A DNA stretch of 64,000 nt, from assembly GCA_026169375.1 (NCBI GenBank), contig JAPFCR010000032.1, positions 24,266 to 88,265 of the forward strand, read 5' to 3'. Shown piece after piece: positions 29,076-39,555 of the stretch. This DNA comes from Sporosarcina sp. GTDB lineage: Bacteria > Bacillota > Bacilli > Bacillales_A > Planococcaceae. The stretch's first letter is position 1; each line of letters starts with the position of its first letter. Position numbers and translations under genes: made by a program. The notes beneath the pieces are model-generated. The model did not search any database. It was not told where the DNA came from and was given only the letters and a program-made list of their open reading frames with translations.

Positions 29076-29295
29076 ATAAAGTGAAACTTCAAACAGTGGG
29101 GGTTTTCTTCATCCACCACTGATTGAAAAGGAACACAAGCTAAGTGCGACACGTCCTGTGTCAACGCCTGCGTGACCAACGTCGTGTTGGCCCGAACCAA
29201 TCGGGATTTTACGGGCAGCCCGACTCCCACTTATCTTTAGCGTTTTCACTTAAATCTTGAAGTGGGAGTCTTACTGCCCGTTAATGCGGGATAAA
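29076..29295 (+). repeat. bcr1-like interspersed repeat, copy B (longest, 220 bp)
   Basis: Flanked by ATAAA direct repeats (TTTAT on minus strand); CAGTGGGGGTTTTCTTCATCCACCACTG and ACTCCCACTT...AAGTGGGAGT hairpins. Confidence 0.9.
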
Positions 29296-29384
29296 TTTCA
29301 ATTAATGTTGATTTCTGTCCCAAATGGACAATATAAACTACAAACTATATTCAGATAAATCCAATCCACTAGCTCTTTTAGTGA

Positions 29385-30020
29385 TTACGCATCATTTTGT
29401 GCTTTTCGCAATGCCTCTACAAACGTCTCTGTGGACTGGGCACCAGAAAGTGCATATTTTCGATTAAGGACGAAGAAAGGAACCCCTTGAACACCAATTT
29501 GACTTGCTTCTTCAATATCTTTTTTCACTACATCAATATAACCTTCGGAATGTAACATTTCTTTCGTACGCTCTTTTGATAAACCTACTTCTTCTGCAAT
29601 TTTTTGAAGCGTTTCATATGTTCCGATTTTTTCACCTTCAATAAAGTAAGCATGAAGTAAACGTTCTGTCATTTCTTCACCTAAGTTTTCTTCTTCTGCA
29701 AACTTAGCGAGACGATGTGCATGGAACGTATTTGCTGGCGTCATTTTTTCAAAGTTATAATCTAATCCAACTGATTTCGCTTGCATCTCTACGTTATCTG
29801 TCATCGTTTTTGCTTCTTCAGAAGACATTTGATATTTTTCCATTAAAGCTGTCACCATCGACTTATCAGAAGTCGCCACTGCATTCGGATCAAGTTCATA
29901 TGCTTTATAAACAACATCAACTTTTCCCTCAAGCCCTGCTTCTTGAATCGCTTCTTCTAACCGTCTTTTTCCGATATAACAAAACGGACAAACATAATCC
30001 GACCATACTTCAATTTTCAT
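29385..30020 (-). CDS. DsbA-family (FrnE-like) oxidoreductase
   Basis: WSDYVCPFCYIG CxxC; GVQGVPFF; start reassigned to MKIEVW. Confidence 0.92.
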   Translation of the reverse strand: MKIEVWSDYVCPFCYIGKRRLEEAIQEAGLEGKVDVVYKAYELDPNAVATSDKSMVTALMEKYQMSSEEAKTMTDNVEMQAKSVGLDYNFEKMTPANTFHAHRLAKFAEEENLGEEMTERLLHAYFIEGEKIGTYETLQKIAEEVGLSKERTKEMLHSEGYIDVVKKDIEEASQIGVQGVPFFVLNRKYALSGAQSTETFVEALRKAQNDA

Positions 30021-30118
30021 TTTTCCTTCACACTCCTTATTCATTATCATAATTCCCTTGAAATTAGGTAACAATGTATATGCCTATTACTTTAAGCATT
30101 CAATGGAGGATTGATATT

Positions 30119-31495
30119 TTGTCAAAATCATTATGGTTACAAACCGCTTATTCATATGAAGCTTTCCCACCACTAGATACAGATATTCAATGCGATGTCT
30201 GCATTGTTGGCGGTGGTTTACACGGGATTGCCACCGCTTACTTTCTTGCTAAACAAGGAAAAGACGTTGTACTTCTCGAAAAAGATTCGATTTTAGCAGG
30301 TGCCACCGGAAATTCAACTGGAAAACTAACGGTACAACACGATCTTATTTATGCACAGCTCATTCAAGACTTTGGCCATGATGGAGCCAAATTGTATTAC
30401 GATGTAAACCGAGATGCTGTTGAATTTGGAAAAGACTTTGCTCGGCGCGATGAATTAATAACAGCAAACTCCATCCTGTACGCGCAAACAACAGTAGGGG
30501 ATGAACAGTTAAAACAAGAAGCGAAAGCCTATCAGGAATTAGGTATTCCAGGGGAGCTCGGACGCAATTCAGAATTACCAATTCCCTTTCTTTCCACACT
30601 CACAATGGAAGATGAAAGCCAAATTCATCCTGTTCGTTTTGGTCAATCTCTTGCTGAAAAAGCTGTTAAAGCGGGTGCACGTATCTATGAACAATCAGCA
30701 GTCTTGTCCATGGATTTTGAAAAACGCTCGTTACTTACCCATACAGAGAATCAAGTACGATTTTCAGAGCTTGTACTCAGTACACATTATCCGATTGAAG
30801 CTTTGAAGGGAATGCAGATTTTAAAACTCGCAGTAGACCGTTCGTATATTATGGCTGCTGAAGCGAATATGGCACTTAGCGGACAATATATTGCAGTGGA
30901 TGAGCCAAAAAGATCAGTAAGAACCGCAAAATTTGACGGAGAAACTTACTTTTTATTATCCGGTACTCATCACACAGCAGGGATGAAAAGTGAAACTTCG
31001 AAGTACTATGAAAGCCTTTATACAGATATAAAAGATACATTTCTACTTTCTTCTTTTATTACAGGTTGGTCGGCACAAGATCCGGAAACACCTGATTTAA
31101 TTCCTTACGCAGGTCAAATTACTTCTTCCCTCCCTTATGTGTATATAAGTACAGGCAATCGCAAATGGGGATTATCAAATTCTATAGCTAGTGCTCAAAT
31201 GATTACAGATCAAATTGTTGGAAAAAAGAATCCTGCGACAAAACTCTTCGCCCCCTCTCGAACGAAGGCTGGTGCACAACTTCTACAAGCTTTGAAATTG
31301 ACAGGACTTGTCTTAAAAGAATTTACAGGCGGACATTTAACAAGAATAGATGCACCTATTTGTACCCATTTGGGTTGTCGCACAAGATGGAATAATGCCG
31401 AAGAGACTTGGGATTGTCCTTGTCATGGTTCACGCTTTCGTAAAGATGGTTCAGTTCTTGAAGGACCTGCAACAAAACCTTTAAATTTAACATAA
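30119..31495 (+). CDS. FAD-dependent oxidoreductase with C-terminal Rieske [2Fe-2S] motif (YhfW-like)
   Basis: GGGLHG FAD motif, CTHLGC and [10 protein letters not shown]; TTG start behind GGAGG. Confidence 0.9.
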   Translation: MSKSLWLQTAYSYEAFPPLDTDIQCDVCIVGGGLHGIATAYFLAKQGKDVVLLEKDSILAGATGNSTGKLTVQHDLIYAQLIQDFGHDGAKLYYDVNRDAVEFGKDFARRDELITANSILYAQTTVGDEQLKQEAKAYQELGIPGELGRNSELPIPFLSTLTMEDESQIHPVRFGQSLAEKAVKAGARIYEQSAVLSMDFEKRSLLTHTENQVRFSELVLSTHYPIEALKGMQILKLAVDRSYIMAAEANMALSGQYIAVDEPKRSVRTAKFDGETYFLLSGTHHTAGMKSETSKYYESLYTDIKDTFLLSSFITGWSAQDPETPDLIPYAGQITSSLPYVYISTGNRKWGLSNSIASAQMITDQIVGKKNPATKLFAPSRTKAGAQLLQALKLTGLVLKEFTGGHLTRIDAPICTHLGCRTRWNNAEETWDCPCHGSRFRKDGSVLEGPATKPLNLT

Positions 31496-31533
31496 GAAAA
31501 AGGCTAAGCCGACAATCCAGCTTAGCCTTATTT

Positions 31534-32463
31534 TTAGTTAAGTGCTTCCGTTAAAACAGGAACGATTTGCTTTTTACGAGATACAATTCCTTTTAAAATC
31601 GCTTTACGATTCGCAAGTGGTACATTGAATGCTGCTGCTGCACGGTCCGCCTCTTCACCAAGGGCAATCACAACCGAATCGTTATGAATGATATCCGTGA
31701 CAACGAATAGGAACAACTTCAATCCTTTTTCTTCGATCACACGCTCAAGTACTTCTTCAACCTCTGCTTGTTTTGCGATAACCTCATCAATATCGACTGC
31801 GTTGACTTGTGCAACTTCAATCTTCACACCATTTTCAAGTGTAAATTCTTTCGCATCCATCGTCACAAGATCTTCAATTGTTTTATCGCTTAAATCTGCA
31901 CCAGCTTTTAACATGTCTAAACCGTATACTTCTGCATCTACATCTGCAATTTCTGCAAGCTCTTCAACAGCTAGACGGTCTTCTTCTGTAAATGTTGGGG
32001 ATTTAAATAATAAAGAATCAGATACAAGTGCTGAAAGCATTAATCCAGCGATGTCTTTTGGAATTTTAACGCCATTTTCTTTATATAATTTATTTAAAAT
32101 TGTTGCCGTACAACCAACAGGTTCTGCACGGTAGTAAAGTGGATCATTTGTTTCGAAGTTCGCAATACGGTGGTGGTCAACTACTTCAATCACTTGAACT
32201 TCATCTAAATCATCAACACTTTGTTGTTTTTCGTTATGGTCAACTAAAATCACTTGACTTGCTTCTGGGGCAGCTTTTTCAATTAGTCTCGGCGCTTCGA
32301 AACCAAAATGTTCAAGTGCATAAGCTGTTTCATTCGACACAACACCGAGTCGAACTGCTTCAGCATCCATTCCTAATTGACGTTTTAAATATGCATAACT
32401 AATTGCTGCTGTAATTGAATCTGTATCTGGATTTTTATGTCCAAAAACTAATACTTTACTCAT
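31534..32463 (-). CDS. ppaC: Mn-dependent inorganic pyrophosphatase (family II)
   Basis: [28 protein letters not shown]; start MSKV behind GGAGG. Confidence 0.97.
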   Translation of the reverse strand: MSKVLVFGHKNPDTDSITAAISYAYLKRQLGMDAEAVRLGVVSNETAYALEHFGFEAPRLIEKAAPEASQVILVDHNEKQQSVDDLDEVQVIEVVDHHRIANFETNDPLYYRAEPVGCTATILNKLYKENGVKIPKDIAGLMLSALVSDSLLFKSPTFTEEDRLAVEELAEIADVDAEVYGLDMLKAGADLSDKTIEDLVTMDAKEFTLENGVKIEVAQVNAVDIDEVIAKQAEVEEVLERVIEEKGLKLFLFVVTDIIHNDSVVIALGEEADRAAAAFNVPLANRKAILKGIVSRKKQIVPVLTEALN

Positions 32464-32493
32464 TTCCATTTCCTCCTGAATCATTGATTGCTT

Positions 32494-32679
32494 TTTATCT
32501 CGCATTAACGGAGAGTCAAGCCTTCACTTTAAAAACACAAGTGAGGACAACTGTCCATAAAAGCCTAACTGAGGTCAACATGACGTTGGACACACAAGCG
32601 TTGTCACGAGACGTGATGCGCTCAGTTTGTGCTCCTTTTTATCAGTGATAGTTCGTCACTGATTGAAGTTTCACTTTAT
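32494..32679 (-). repeat. bcr1-like interspersed repeat, copy C (inverted)
   Basis: TTTAT direct repeats at both ends; reverse complement begins AAAGTGAAACTTCAATCAGTG and ends TTAATGCGAGATAAA. Confidence 0.9.
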
Positions 32680-32683
32680 TTTA

Positions 32684-33127
32684 TCATAACTGCTTGCCTA
32701 ATAATATAGAAGCAAGTCCTTCATTGTTTTCCACAAAGTCGGCTAATGTATAGCCATCTAAAACTTTAAAATATGCATCCAATGCTTCATGTAAAACTCC
32801 CTTTAGACGACAAACTGGCGTGATGACGCATTGGTTTATTTCACAATTAAAACATTCGACTAAATGAAAATCATCTTCTGTTTTCCGAACCGTTTCCCCG
32901 ATATTAATATCACTTGGCGAAACTTTTAAACGAATGCCGCCGCCTCTTCCCCGAATCGTTTCAATGAGTCCCATCTTTCCGAGCTCATGCGTTACTTTCG
33001 TCAAATGATTTCTCGATATATTGTAGGCATTTGAAATCTCTTGAACAGTCGACAATTCCTCTTTTCCTTTAACCCCAACATATAACAGAACACGTAAAGA
33101 ATAATCCGTGTACATTGTTAAACGCAT
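32684..33127 (-). CDS. nsrR: NO-sensing Rrf2 repressor NsrR
   Basis: MRLTMYTDYSLR, RGRGGG, three Cys (VECFNCEINQCVITPVC); divergent from hmp. Confidence 0.93.
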   Translation of the reverse strand: MRLTMYTDYSLRVLLYVGVKGKEELSTVQEISNAYNISRNHLTKVTHELGKMGLIETIRGRGGGIRLKVSPSDINIGETVRKTEDDFHLVECFNCEINQCVITPVCRLKGVLHEALDAYFKVLDGYTLADFVENNEGLASILLGKQL

Positions 33128-33271
33128 AATTTCACCGCACTTTCACATCCTAGTATAACCTTAGAAACACTTTCAATAAAGAAATGTGCCACGACAACGT
33201 TTCTTCAATACATCTTTTATACCTTGTGACAAAGCAGTTAAGAAAATGTGTCCAAAATCGCAACTTTTTTA

Positions 33272-33294
33272 AAGATGCATTTAATATATAGCTT
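33272..33294 (+). promoter_or_regulatory. NsrR operator upstream of hmp
   Basis: AAGATGCATTTAATATATAGCTT resembles the 11-1-11 NsrR inverted repeat (left arm AAGATGCATTT). Confidence 0.75.
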
Positions 33295-33349
33295 TAAAAA
33301 CTTTTATGTTGTATGATTAGGTTAACAATTCAGAAAGGTCGTGCTATAC

Positions 33350-34543
33350 ATGCTATCACAAGAAACCATTGATATCGTAAAATCAACAGTTCCAGTATTG
33401 GAGGAACACGGAAAGACAATTACAACTGTTTTTTATAAGAATATGTTCGATGCACATCCTGAACTATTAAACATCTTTAACCATGCGAACCAATCACAAG
33501 GTCGTCAACAAACTGCTTTAGCGAACACAGTTTTAGCTGCAGCTGCAAATATTGATAATTTAGAGGCAATCGTACCAGCAGTTGTACAAATTGCTCATAA
33601 ACATAAGTCACTTGGGATCGTTCCTGAACAGTATCCAATCGTTGGGGAATATCTACTCAAAGCAATTAAAGAAGTATTAGGAGATGCAGCAACTCCAGAA
33701 ATTCTCAATGCTTGGGAGGAAGCTTACGGTGTAATTGCAGATGCATTCATCGGTATTGAAAAACAAATGTATGATGAAGCAGAAGCATTAGAAGGCGGAT
33801 GGAGAATGTTCAAGCCTTTCGAAATTGCAGACAAAGTTAAAGAAAGTGATGTTATTACATCATTCTACTTTAAACCGGAAGATGGACAAAAATTACCTTC
33901 TTACTTCCCTGGTCAATACATCACAGTTCGTATGGACATTCCTGGAGAAGAGTACACATTTAACCGTCAATACACATTGTCACAAGCACCATGTAAAGAA
34001 GGCGAAGTTTACCGTATTTCTGTAAAACGCGAAGATGACAATACACCTAACGGAAAAGTTTCTGTTCACCTACACGACAACTTAAACGTTGGAGACGAGG
34101 TCGAAATTAGCGTTCCTGCTGGAGACTTCTACCTTGATACAGAAAGCAATTCACCAGTTACATTAATCAGTGGTGGTGTTGGTGTTACACCAATGATGAG
34201 TATGTATGAAGCAATCGCACAAGTTTCACCTGAACGTCCAGTCACATTCTTACACTCAGCACGTACTCGGAAGCACCAAGCATTTGCTGACCGCGTACAA
34301 GAGTTAGATGAAACATTAAAGAATTCTTCAGTCGCAGCTTTATACTCTGAAGAAGGCGATGGATTTATCACAAAAGAATTCTTAGAAGAAAATGTATTAG
34401 AAGACAGCGACATCTATGTATGTGGTCCAACACCATTTATGCAAGTTGTCATTAACTACCTCTACGAATTAGGTTACCCAGAAGAAAAAGTACATTTCGA
34501 ATTCTTCGGTCCTAAAGCTGAATTAGAACTAGTCAATGCTTAA
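33350..34543 (+). CDS. hmp: Flavohemoglobin (NO dioxygenase)
   Basis: Globin domain (FYKNMF, HKHKSLG), FPGQYI, RQYTLS, GGVGVTP, CGPTPFM, HFEFFGP. Confidence 0.96.
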   Translation: MLSQETIDIVKSTVPVLEEHGKTITTVFYKNMFDAHPELLNIFNHANQSQGRQQTALANTVLAAAANIDNLEAIVPAVVQIAHKHKSLGIVPEQYPIVGEYLLKAIKEVLGDAATPEILNAWEEAYGVIADAFIGIEKQMYDEAEALEGGWRMFKPFEIADKVKESDVITSFYFKPEDGQKLPSYFPGQYITVRMDIPGEEYTFNRQYTLSQAPCKEGEVYRISVKREDDNTPNGKVSVHLHDNLNVGDEVEISVPAGDFYLDTESNSPVTLISGGVGVTPMMSMYEAIAQVSPERPVTFLHSARTRKHQAFADRVQELDETLKNSSVAALYSEEGDGFITKEFLEENVLEDSDIYVCGPTPFMQVVINYLYELGYPEEKVHFEFFGPKAELELVNA

Positions 34544-34575
34544 GTTTTTCAATAAATGAGCAACTGATTCAAACC

Positions 34576-34666
34576 ATAAAGTGAAACTTCAATCAGCAGG
34601 GAGTTTTCTCATCCTACTGATAAGCCTTAAGGTGAGAAGTCTTACTCCCCGTTAATGCGGGGTAAA
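34576..34666 (+). repeat. bcr1-like interspersed repeat, copy D (minimal, both ends retained)
   Basis: ATAAAGTGAAACTTCAATCAG...GTCTTACTCCCCGTTAATGCGGGGTAAA. Confidence 0.85.
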
Positions 34667-34710
34667 ACAGCAAAAATCCGCATCTCATGAGAGAGCGGAT
34701 TTTTGCTGTT
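34667..34710. terminator. Intrinsic terminator
   Basis: AACAGCAAAAATCCGC...GCGGATTTTTGCTGT hairpin. Confidence 0.75.
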
Positions 34711-35488
34711 CAATTTTCGCAATATATTCTATGGATAATTTGTTAAAGATTTCTGGTTGATCGATGTTACAAACATGTCCACTATTTTCAATTGTCATAA
34801 ACTCAAATCCATCGTGTTGGCGAACAACTTCTTCTATTGGTGGGATAAACAAGTAATCTTCTTCCCCCATTAAAAACAATGTCGGAATATCTGTTGTTGA
34901 CACTTGTAGACGAGCCAAATAAGGATTTACAAGTTTTGTCAACGAAAACCATTTCACGAATTCTTTCTGGCACATTCTTTTCGCTTGGTTCACAAAAGCA
35001 AGTCGTGACTCCTCATGTTGTTTTTTCGGCATAATAATATAAGCAAAGATTTTATACAACAACATATAGGGAATAAAACGTTTCGTCGCATGACCTAGCC
35101 AAATTAATGCCTTTGTACGGAGATTGAGTCGAATAATTGCACCACCTAATACTAAAGAATGAACCCTTTCTGGATAATCATCGGCCATCGTTTGCGCAAC
35201 AATCGTTCCAAGGGACATTCCAACGACATGTGTTTTTTCAATTGCTAATTGATCCAAAACATCAATGACTTCATTGGCAATTTCTAAAAAAGAATCTCCT
35301 TTTACCCAAAGACCACGTTCAGATTGACCATGTCCTCGAAGATCCACAAGGAGGACATTATGTTCTTTACGAAACTCCCTAATTTGCTTAAACCATGTCG
35401 AAGAACTTCCACCTGCTCCATGTACAAAAGTAACCCAAGGTGCTTCCACGCTTAATTCATACGTTCGATAGTAAAGCAAAAAACTCAT
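34685..35488 (-). CDS. Alpha/beta hydrolase
   Basis: HGAGG, DLRGHG, GMSLG nucleophile elbow, SGHVCN. Confidence 0.9.
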   Translation of the reverse strand: MSFLLYYRTYELSVEAPWVTFVHGAGGSSSTWFKQIREFRKEHNVLLVDLRGHGQSERGLWVKGDSFLEIANEVIDVLDQLAIEKTHVVGMSLGTIVAQTMADDYPERVHSLVLGGAIIRLNLRTKALIWLGHATKRFIPYMLLYKIFAYIIMPKKQHEESRLAFVNQAKRMCQKEFVKWFSLTKLVNPYLARLQVSTTDIPTLFLMGEEDYLFIPPIEEVVRQHDGFEFMTIENSGHVCNIDQPEIFNKLSIEYIAKIEQQKSALS

Positions 35489-35703
35489 CCTTCCTGAGCA
35501 AAATATTCACTTTTACTATATAACTATAACTAGTAGTTAATTCAACTTAATTTAGCACATCTTTTAGTATTCTTCAATGAATCAAATACAAATAGAAAAT
35601 TATGAATGGTCAAGTCAATAGAATAACTCTTTTTGCACAAAAAACCGCTTAGCATGATGACTTATATCATAGCTAAGCGGTTTTGCTGTTTATTTAATTG
35701 ATT

Positions 35704-36216
35704 TTACTTCTCTAAAAGCTTCAATGCTTCTCGGTTAAACGCAGGCATGTCTGCAGGCGTACGGCTTGTTACTAATTGGTTTTGACAAACAACAACTTCT
35801 TCATCAGTAAAATTCACGCCTGCATTCTCCATGTCAACTTGGATCGACTTGTAGCCTGTTGCGTCACGACCGTCTAAAGTCTTAGCGGTAATGAGTAATT
35901 GCGGACCATGACAAATCGCAAAGACTGGTTTTTTGTCATCCATAAATGCTTTTGTAAATTCCACAAAACGATCGTCTGCACGTAAAATATCTGGTGCAAA
36001 ACCACCTGGAATCAGAAGTGCATCAAAGTCTTCAGGTTTGACATCGTCAATTCCTGTATCAACTTTAAGCGTTTCTCCTTTTTTCCCTTTAATTTCCGCA
36101 CCTGCTTCTTTTTCAATTGTAATGACTTCATGTCCAGCATCTTTAAACGCTTTCGCTGGAACCGTATACTCCGAGTCTTCAAATAGATCTGTAATTACTA
36201 CTGCAATTTTTGCCAT
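35704..36216 (-). CDS. pfpI: PfpI/DJ-1 family (YraA-like) protease/glyoxalase
   Basis: FEDSEY, PGGFAPD, AICHGPQLL; start reassigned to MAKIAV behind AGGAGG. Confidence 0.9.
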   Translation of the reverse strand: MAKIAVVITDLFEDSEYTVPAKAFKDAGHEVITIEKEAGAEIKGKKGETLKVDTGIDDVKPEDFDALLIPGGFAPDILRADDRFVEFTKAFMDDKKPVFAICHGPQLLITAKTLDGRDATGYKSIQVDMENAGVNFTDEEVVVCQNQLVTSRTPADMPAFNREALKLLEK

Positions 36217-36297
36217 TGTATCAAAATCCTCCTTGAAATCATTGTCTCTTACATACATACCCTATTTTACGGCATTGAAACATATATTTCCATTCAA

Positions 36298-36894
36298 TCA
36301 CTTTCGATACTTAGAAACAAAAGGATTATCCTGTTCATAAAAGCGCCAAGGATAATGAACCGCCTCACCTGAATTTCCGATTCCAACGCGAGGCCCTGCG
36401 ATAATTTGGTCAATATGTTCTCCTTTGGCGATAAAAAGTGGTGAATGAGACCAATGATGTCCATAATAATCCATCGTAATGCCGAGCGCTTTCGTTAATT
36501 TTCCTGGTCCATTCGTCCAGTCAGTTTTCTTGAAATGTTCTCCGCGATTCTTCTGCATAATTTCTAATCCTTGAACTGGTTCCACCGCACGAATTAAAAT
36601 CGCATGCGGCACACCTATAGGACCAGCAACTACATTAATGAGCGTATGCGTATGCATTTGGTAAGCATAAACAAGTCCTGCATGTCCAAACATCACTTCT
36701 GTTCGCTTCGTTCGTCGATTACTAAAACTATGCGCTGCACGGTCTTCAGGTCCTTGGTAGGCTTCCGTTTCGACAATTTTCCCAACAACCAAACCTTCCG
36801 GCAACTCATGTACAATATATTTGCCTAAAAGCTTCTTGGCTAATTGTAAACCTGGTATTTCAAAAAATGATTGGTCAATTGGTTCATACATCAA
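36298..36894 (-). CDS. mpg: DNA-3-methyladenine (alkyladenine/hypoxanthine) glycosylase
   Basis: IVETEAY, AILIRAVEP, NGPGKLTKALGI, GPRVGI, PWRFY. Confidence 0.93.
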   Translation of the reverse strand: MMYEPIDQSFFEIPGLQLAKKLLGKYIVHELPEGLVVGKIVETEAYQGPEDRAAHSFSNRRTKRTEVMFGHAGLVYAYQMHTHTLINVVAGPIGVPHAILIRAVEPVQGLEIMQKNRGEHFKKTDWTNGPGKLTKALGITMDYYGHHWSHSPLFIAKGEHIDQIIAGPRVGIGNSGEAVHYPWRFYEQDNPFVSKYRK

Positions 36895-36945
36895 ATAACG
36901 TCCTTTCTTTATCGCTCATTTATGCATAGCAATTTAGGCACTTTT

Positions 36946-37833
36946 TCACTTTTCAATCAACCCTTTTTCAATTAAAAACTCTCTTGCAACATCTTCAGGT
37001 TTTTCCTCGTCTAAATCTACACGGGCATTCATATCGAGCATATCTTCAGCAGATATTTTCCCACCCAATTCATTTAAAACCTTTTTCAGCTCAGGAAATT
37101 CTTTTAATGTTTCTTGGCGAACAACAGGTGCTGCGTCATACTTAGGGAAAAAGTCTAAATCATCTTCAGTTGTTCCTAAATCAAATAACTGAATTCGGCT
37201 ATCCGTTGTAAATGCAGGAATTAGATCCACATCTCCATTTTTCACGGCTTCATACATGACATTTGGATCTAGACTTTTTGTATCGCTAAATGTAAAGTCA
37301 TACACCTTTATCAAATCTTCATAACCGTCTCCTTTACGCTCATAAAAGGCATGTGGCGCACCAAAGACCATGGCTTCTTGCTCAGACGATTTCGCCAAGT
37401 CAGAATACGTATCTCCCCTATGACGGTCTTGATCATAAGCAAGCGTATAGCCATTTTCAAAACCAAGTGGTTCTAACCAAGTAACATCAAATTTTTCTTC
37501 GTACCCTGCTTTTACTCTTTTATATACGCTTTCTGCACTTTCACCTGCTTCTGATTCTTCTTTTAACACATCCTTCAATCCTGTTCCTGTATATTCAACA
37601 TATAAGTCAATTTCACCTTTTTCAATTGCAGGTGTCATAATCGCGACTTCACCTAAACCATCTTCATATTTCACCTGATAATCCGTTTTTTCTTCAATAT
37701 AAGTTCCTAATATATACGGTAAAATAAACTGTTCAGTCCACGGCTTACCACTAATGACAATGGCATCTTTTGTTCCACATGCACTTAGTAATAAAAGTGC
37801 TATTGTCAATACAATTCCTATCTTCTTTTTCAA
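36946..37833 (-). CDS. Glycine betaine/choline-type (OpuC/OsmF-like) ABC substrate-binding lipoprotein
   Basis: Lipobox LSAC; EYTGTG, LGFENGY, FFPKYDAAPV. Confidence 0.9.
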   Translation of the reverse strand: MKKKIGIVLTIALLLLSACGTKDAIVISGKPWTEQFILPYILGTYIEEKTDYQVKYEDGLGEVAIMTPAIEKGEIDLYVEYTGTGLKDVLKEESEAGESAESVYKRVKAGYEEKFDVTWLEPLGFENGYTLAYDQDRHRGDTYSDLAKSSEQEAMVFGAPHAFYERKGDGYEDLIKVYDFTFSDTKSLDPNVMYEAVKNGDVDLIPAFTTDSRIQLFDLGTTEDDLDFFPKYDAAPVVRQETLKEFPELKKVLNELGGKISAEDMLDMNARVDLDEEKPEDVAREFLIEKGLIEK

Positions 37834-38492
37834 CGTTTAATCCCTCCATTAGATGATGAATAAACTCCTTTTGGTGTCACTTTTCTTTCTATCCATTTTA
37901 ATAAAAAATCGAACATAATCGCTAAAATTGCTACCGGAAGCGCTCCAGCTAGTACAAGAGAATTATTATAAGACTGTAACCCTCTATAAATTACATCTCC
38001 TAATCCACCTGCCCCAACAAATGTCGCAAGTGTAGCAATTCCTACAGTTAAAACAGTCGCGGTTCGAATACCTGCCATAATAATCGGAAGCGCCAAGGGA
38101 AGTTCTATTTTTTTCATAATCTGAAAAGGAGTCATCCCCATTCCTCGACCCGCCTCAATAATCGCTTCATCGGCACTCGTTAATCCTGTATATGTATTTC
38201 TCACAATCGGCAACAACGCATAAATCACAAGCGCAATTAATGCTGTTTTGGATCCAATTCCAATTAAAGGAACAAGAATCCCAAATAACGCAAGGCTAGG
38301 TATCGTTTGCAAAATTGCGGTAATCCCAATAATTGGCTCTGCAAAACGACGATAACGAGCAACAAGGATCCCTATGGGTAAGGCAATGGCAATACCTATT
38401 GCTAATGCTACAAAAGAAAGATATATATGTTGTATAAATGCTGTATAAATTAAGTCTAACCGGCTGCTCACTGTTTGAAAAAAATGATTCAT
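37830..38492 (-). CDS. Osmoprotectant ABC permease
   Basis: QTIPSLALFG, EAGRGMGMT (EAA loop), GAGGLG. Confidence 0.9.
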   Translation of the reverse strand: MNHFFQTVSSRLDLIYTAFIQHIYLSFVALAIGIAIALPIGILVARYRRFAEPIIGITAILQTIPSLALFGILVPLIGIGSKTALIALVIYALLPIVRNTYTGLTSADEAIIEAGRGMGMTPFQIMKKIELPLALPIIMAGIRTATVLTVGIATLATFVGAGGLGDVIYRGLQSYNNSLVLAGALPVAILAIMFDFLLKWIERKVTPKGVYSSSNGGIKR

Positions 38493-39460
38493 TTAAAATG
38501 CCCGCCTCCTTCTCTCGCGATTGCTGCTTCTAAAAGAGAATGATGACCAATATATCCGATAACTTGTCCTTCTTTTAATACGGCAAGGCGACTTTCCGGA
38601 TATTGATTAAGCAGTTGAATCGCCTCATCAACAGAGGCTTCTATTTTAATCTGTTGTATTTTTCCTTCCCATGTTCGATCGTAAAACTGAGTGAATTTTT
38701 CGAGAAGTATTGTACCGAATTTACGCTTTCGCATAATTCTCTCTTGCCCGATAAAATCTCGGACAAAGTCATTATTTTGATATTCAATTAACGCTTTAGG
38801 TGTTGCCATTTGTTCAACTTTTCCATCACGCATAATAATGATATAGTCTGCGATTTCCAACGCTTCATCCATATCATGCGTAACAAAAACAATTGTTTTC
38901 TGGATTTGTAATTGTAGCTGACGTAACTTTTCTTGAAGTTGTTCACGGCTTATAGGATCAAGCGCGGAAAACGGCTCATCCATTAAAACAATGTTTGGAT
39001 TACTTGCTAATGCCCGACAGACACCTACTCGTTGCTGTTGTCCTCCTGATAATTCCAGCGGATAACGATGTTTAAATATTTCTGGCTCTAACCCTACCAT
39101 CTCCATTAACTCATCGACTCTCGCCGTGATTTTATCTTTCTCCCATTGGAGTAAATGCGGCACTAAAGCAATATTTTCTTCAATTGTCATATGTGGAATA
39201 AGTCCAATCCTCTGGATGACATAGCCTATCGACCTTCGAAGCTCAATCTCATCTCGCTCAGTAATCAGCTCATTGTCAATGAAAACCTCTCCAGTTGTTG
39301 GAATTTCCAAGCGATTAATCATTCTCATTAAAGTTGTTTTTCCACAACCACTTGGACCAATAATGGCAGTTAGTTTATTCGAGGGAATCGACATAGAAAT
39401 TCCTTTTAATGCTTCTGTTCCATCTTGAAATTTTTTCGTTACATTTTTAAATGTAATCAT
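38489..39460 (-). CDS. Osmoprotectant ABC ATP-binding protein
   Basis: GPSGCGKTT, LSGGQQQRVG, DEPFSALDP. Confidence 0.92.
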   Translation of the reverse strand: MITFKNVTKKFQDGTEALKGISMSIPSNKLTAIIGPSGCGKTTLMRMINRLEIPTTGEVFIDNELITERDEIELRRSIGYVIQRIGLIPHMTIEENIALVPHLLQWEKDKITARVDELMEMVGLEPEIFKHRYPLELSGGQQQRVGVCRALASNPNIVLMDEPFSALDPISREQLQEKLRQLQLQIQKTIVFVTHDMDEALEIADYIIIMRDGKVEQMATPKALIEYQNNDFVRDFIGQERIMRKRKFGTILLEKFTQFYDRTWEGKIQQIKIEASVDEAIQLLNQYPESRLAVLKEGQVIGYIGHHSLLEAAIAREGGGHFK

Positions 39461-39555
39461 ATCTAGCTCCTATATTTAATTTTTGAAAAAGCATATTTAT
39501 GATAAATATGTTTTCTTTCTTTTGATGTCATAAAACTAATCATGTTTTTAACATT

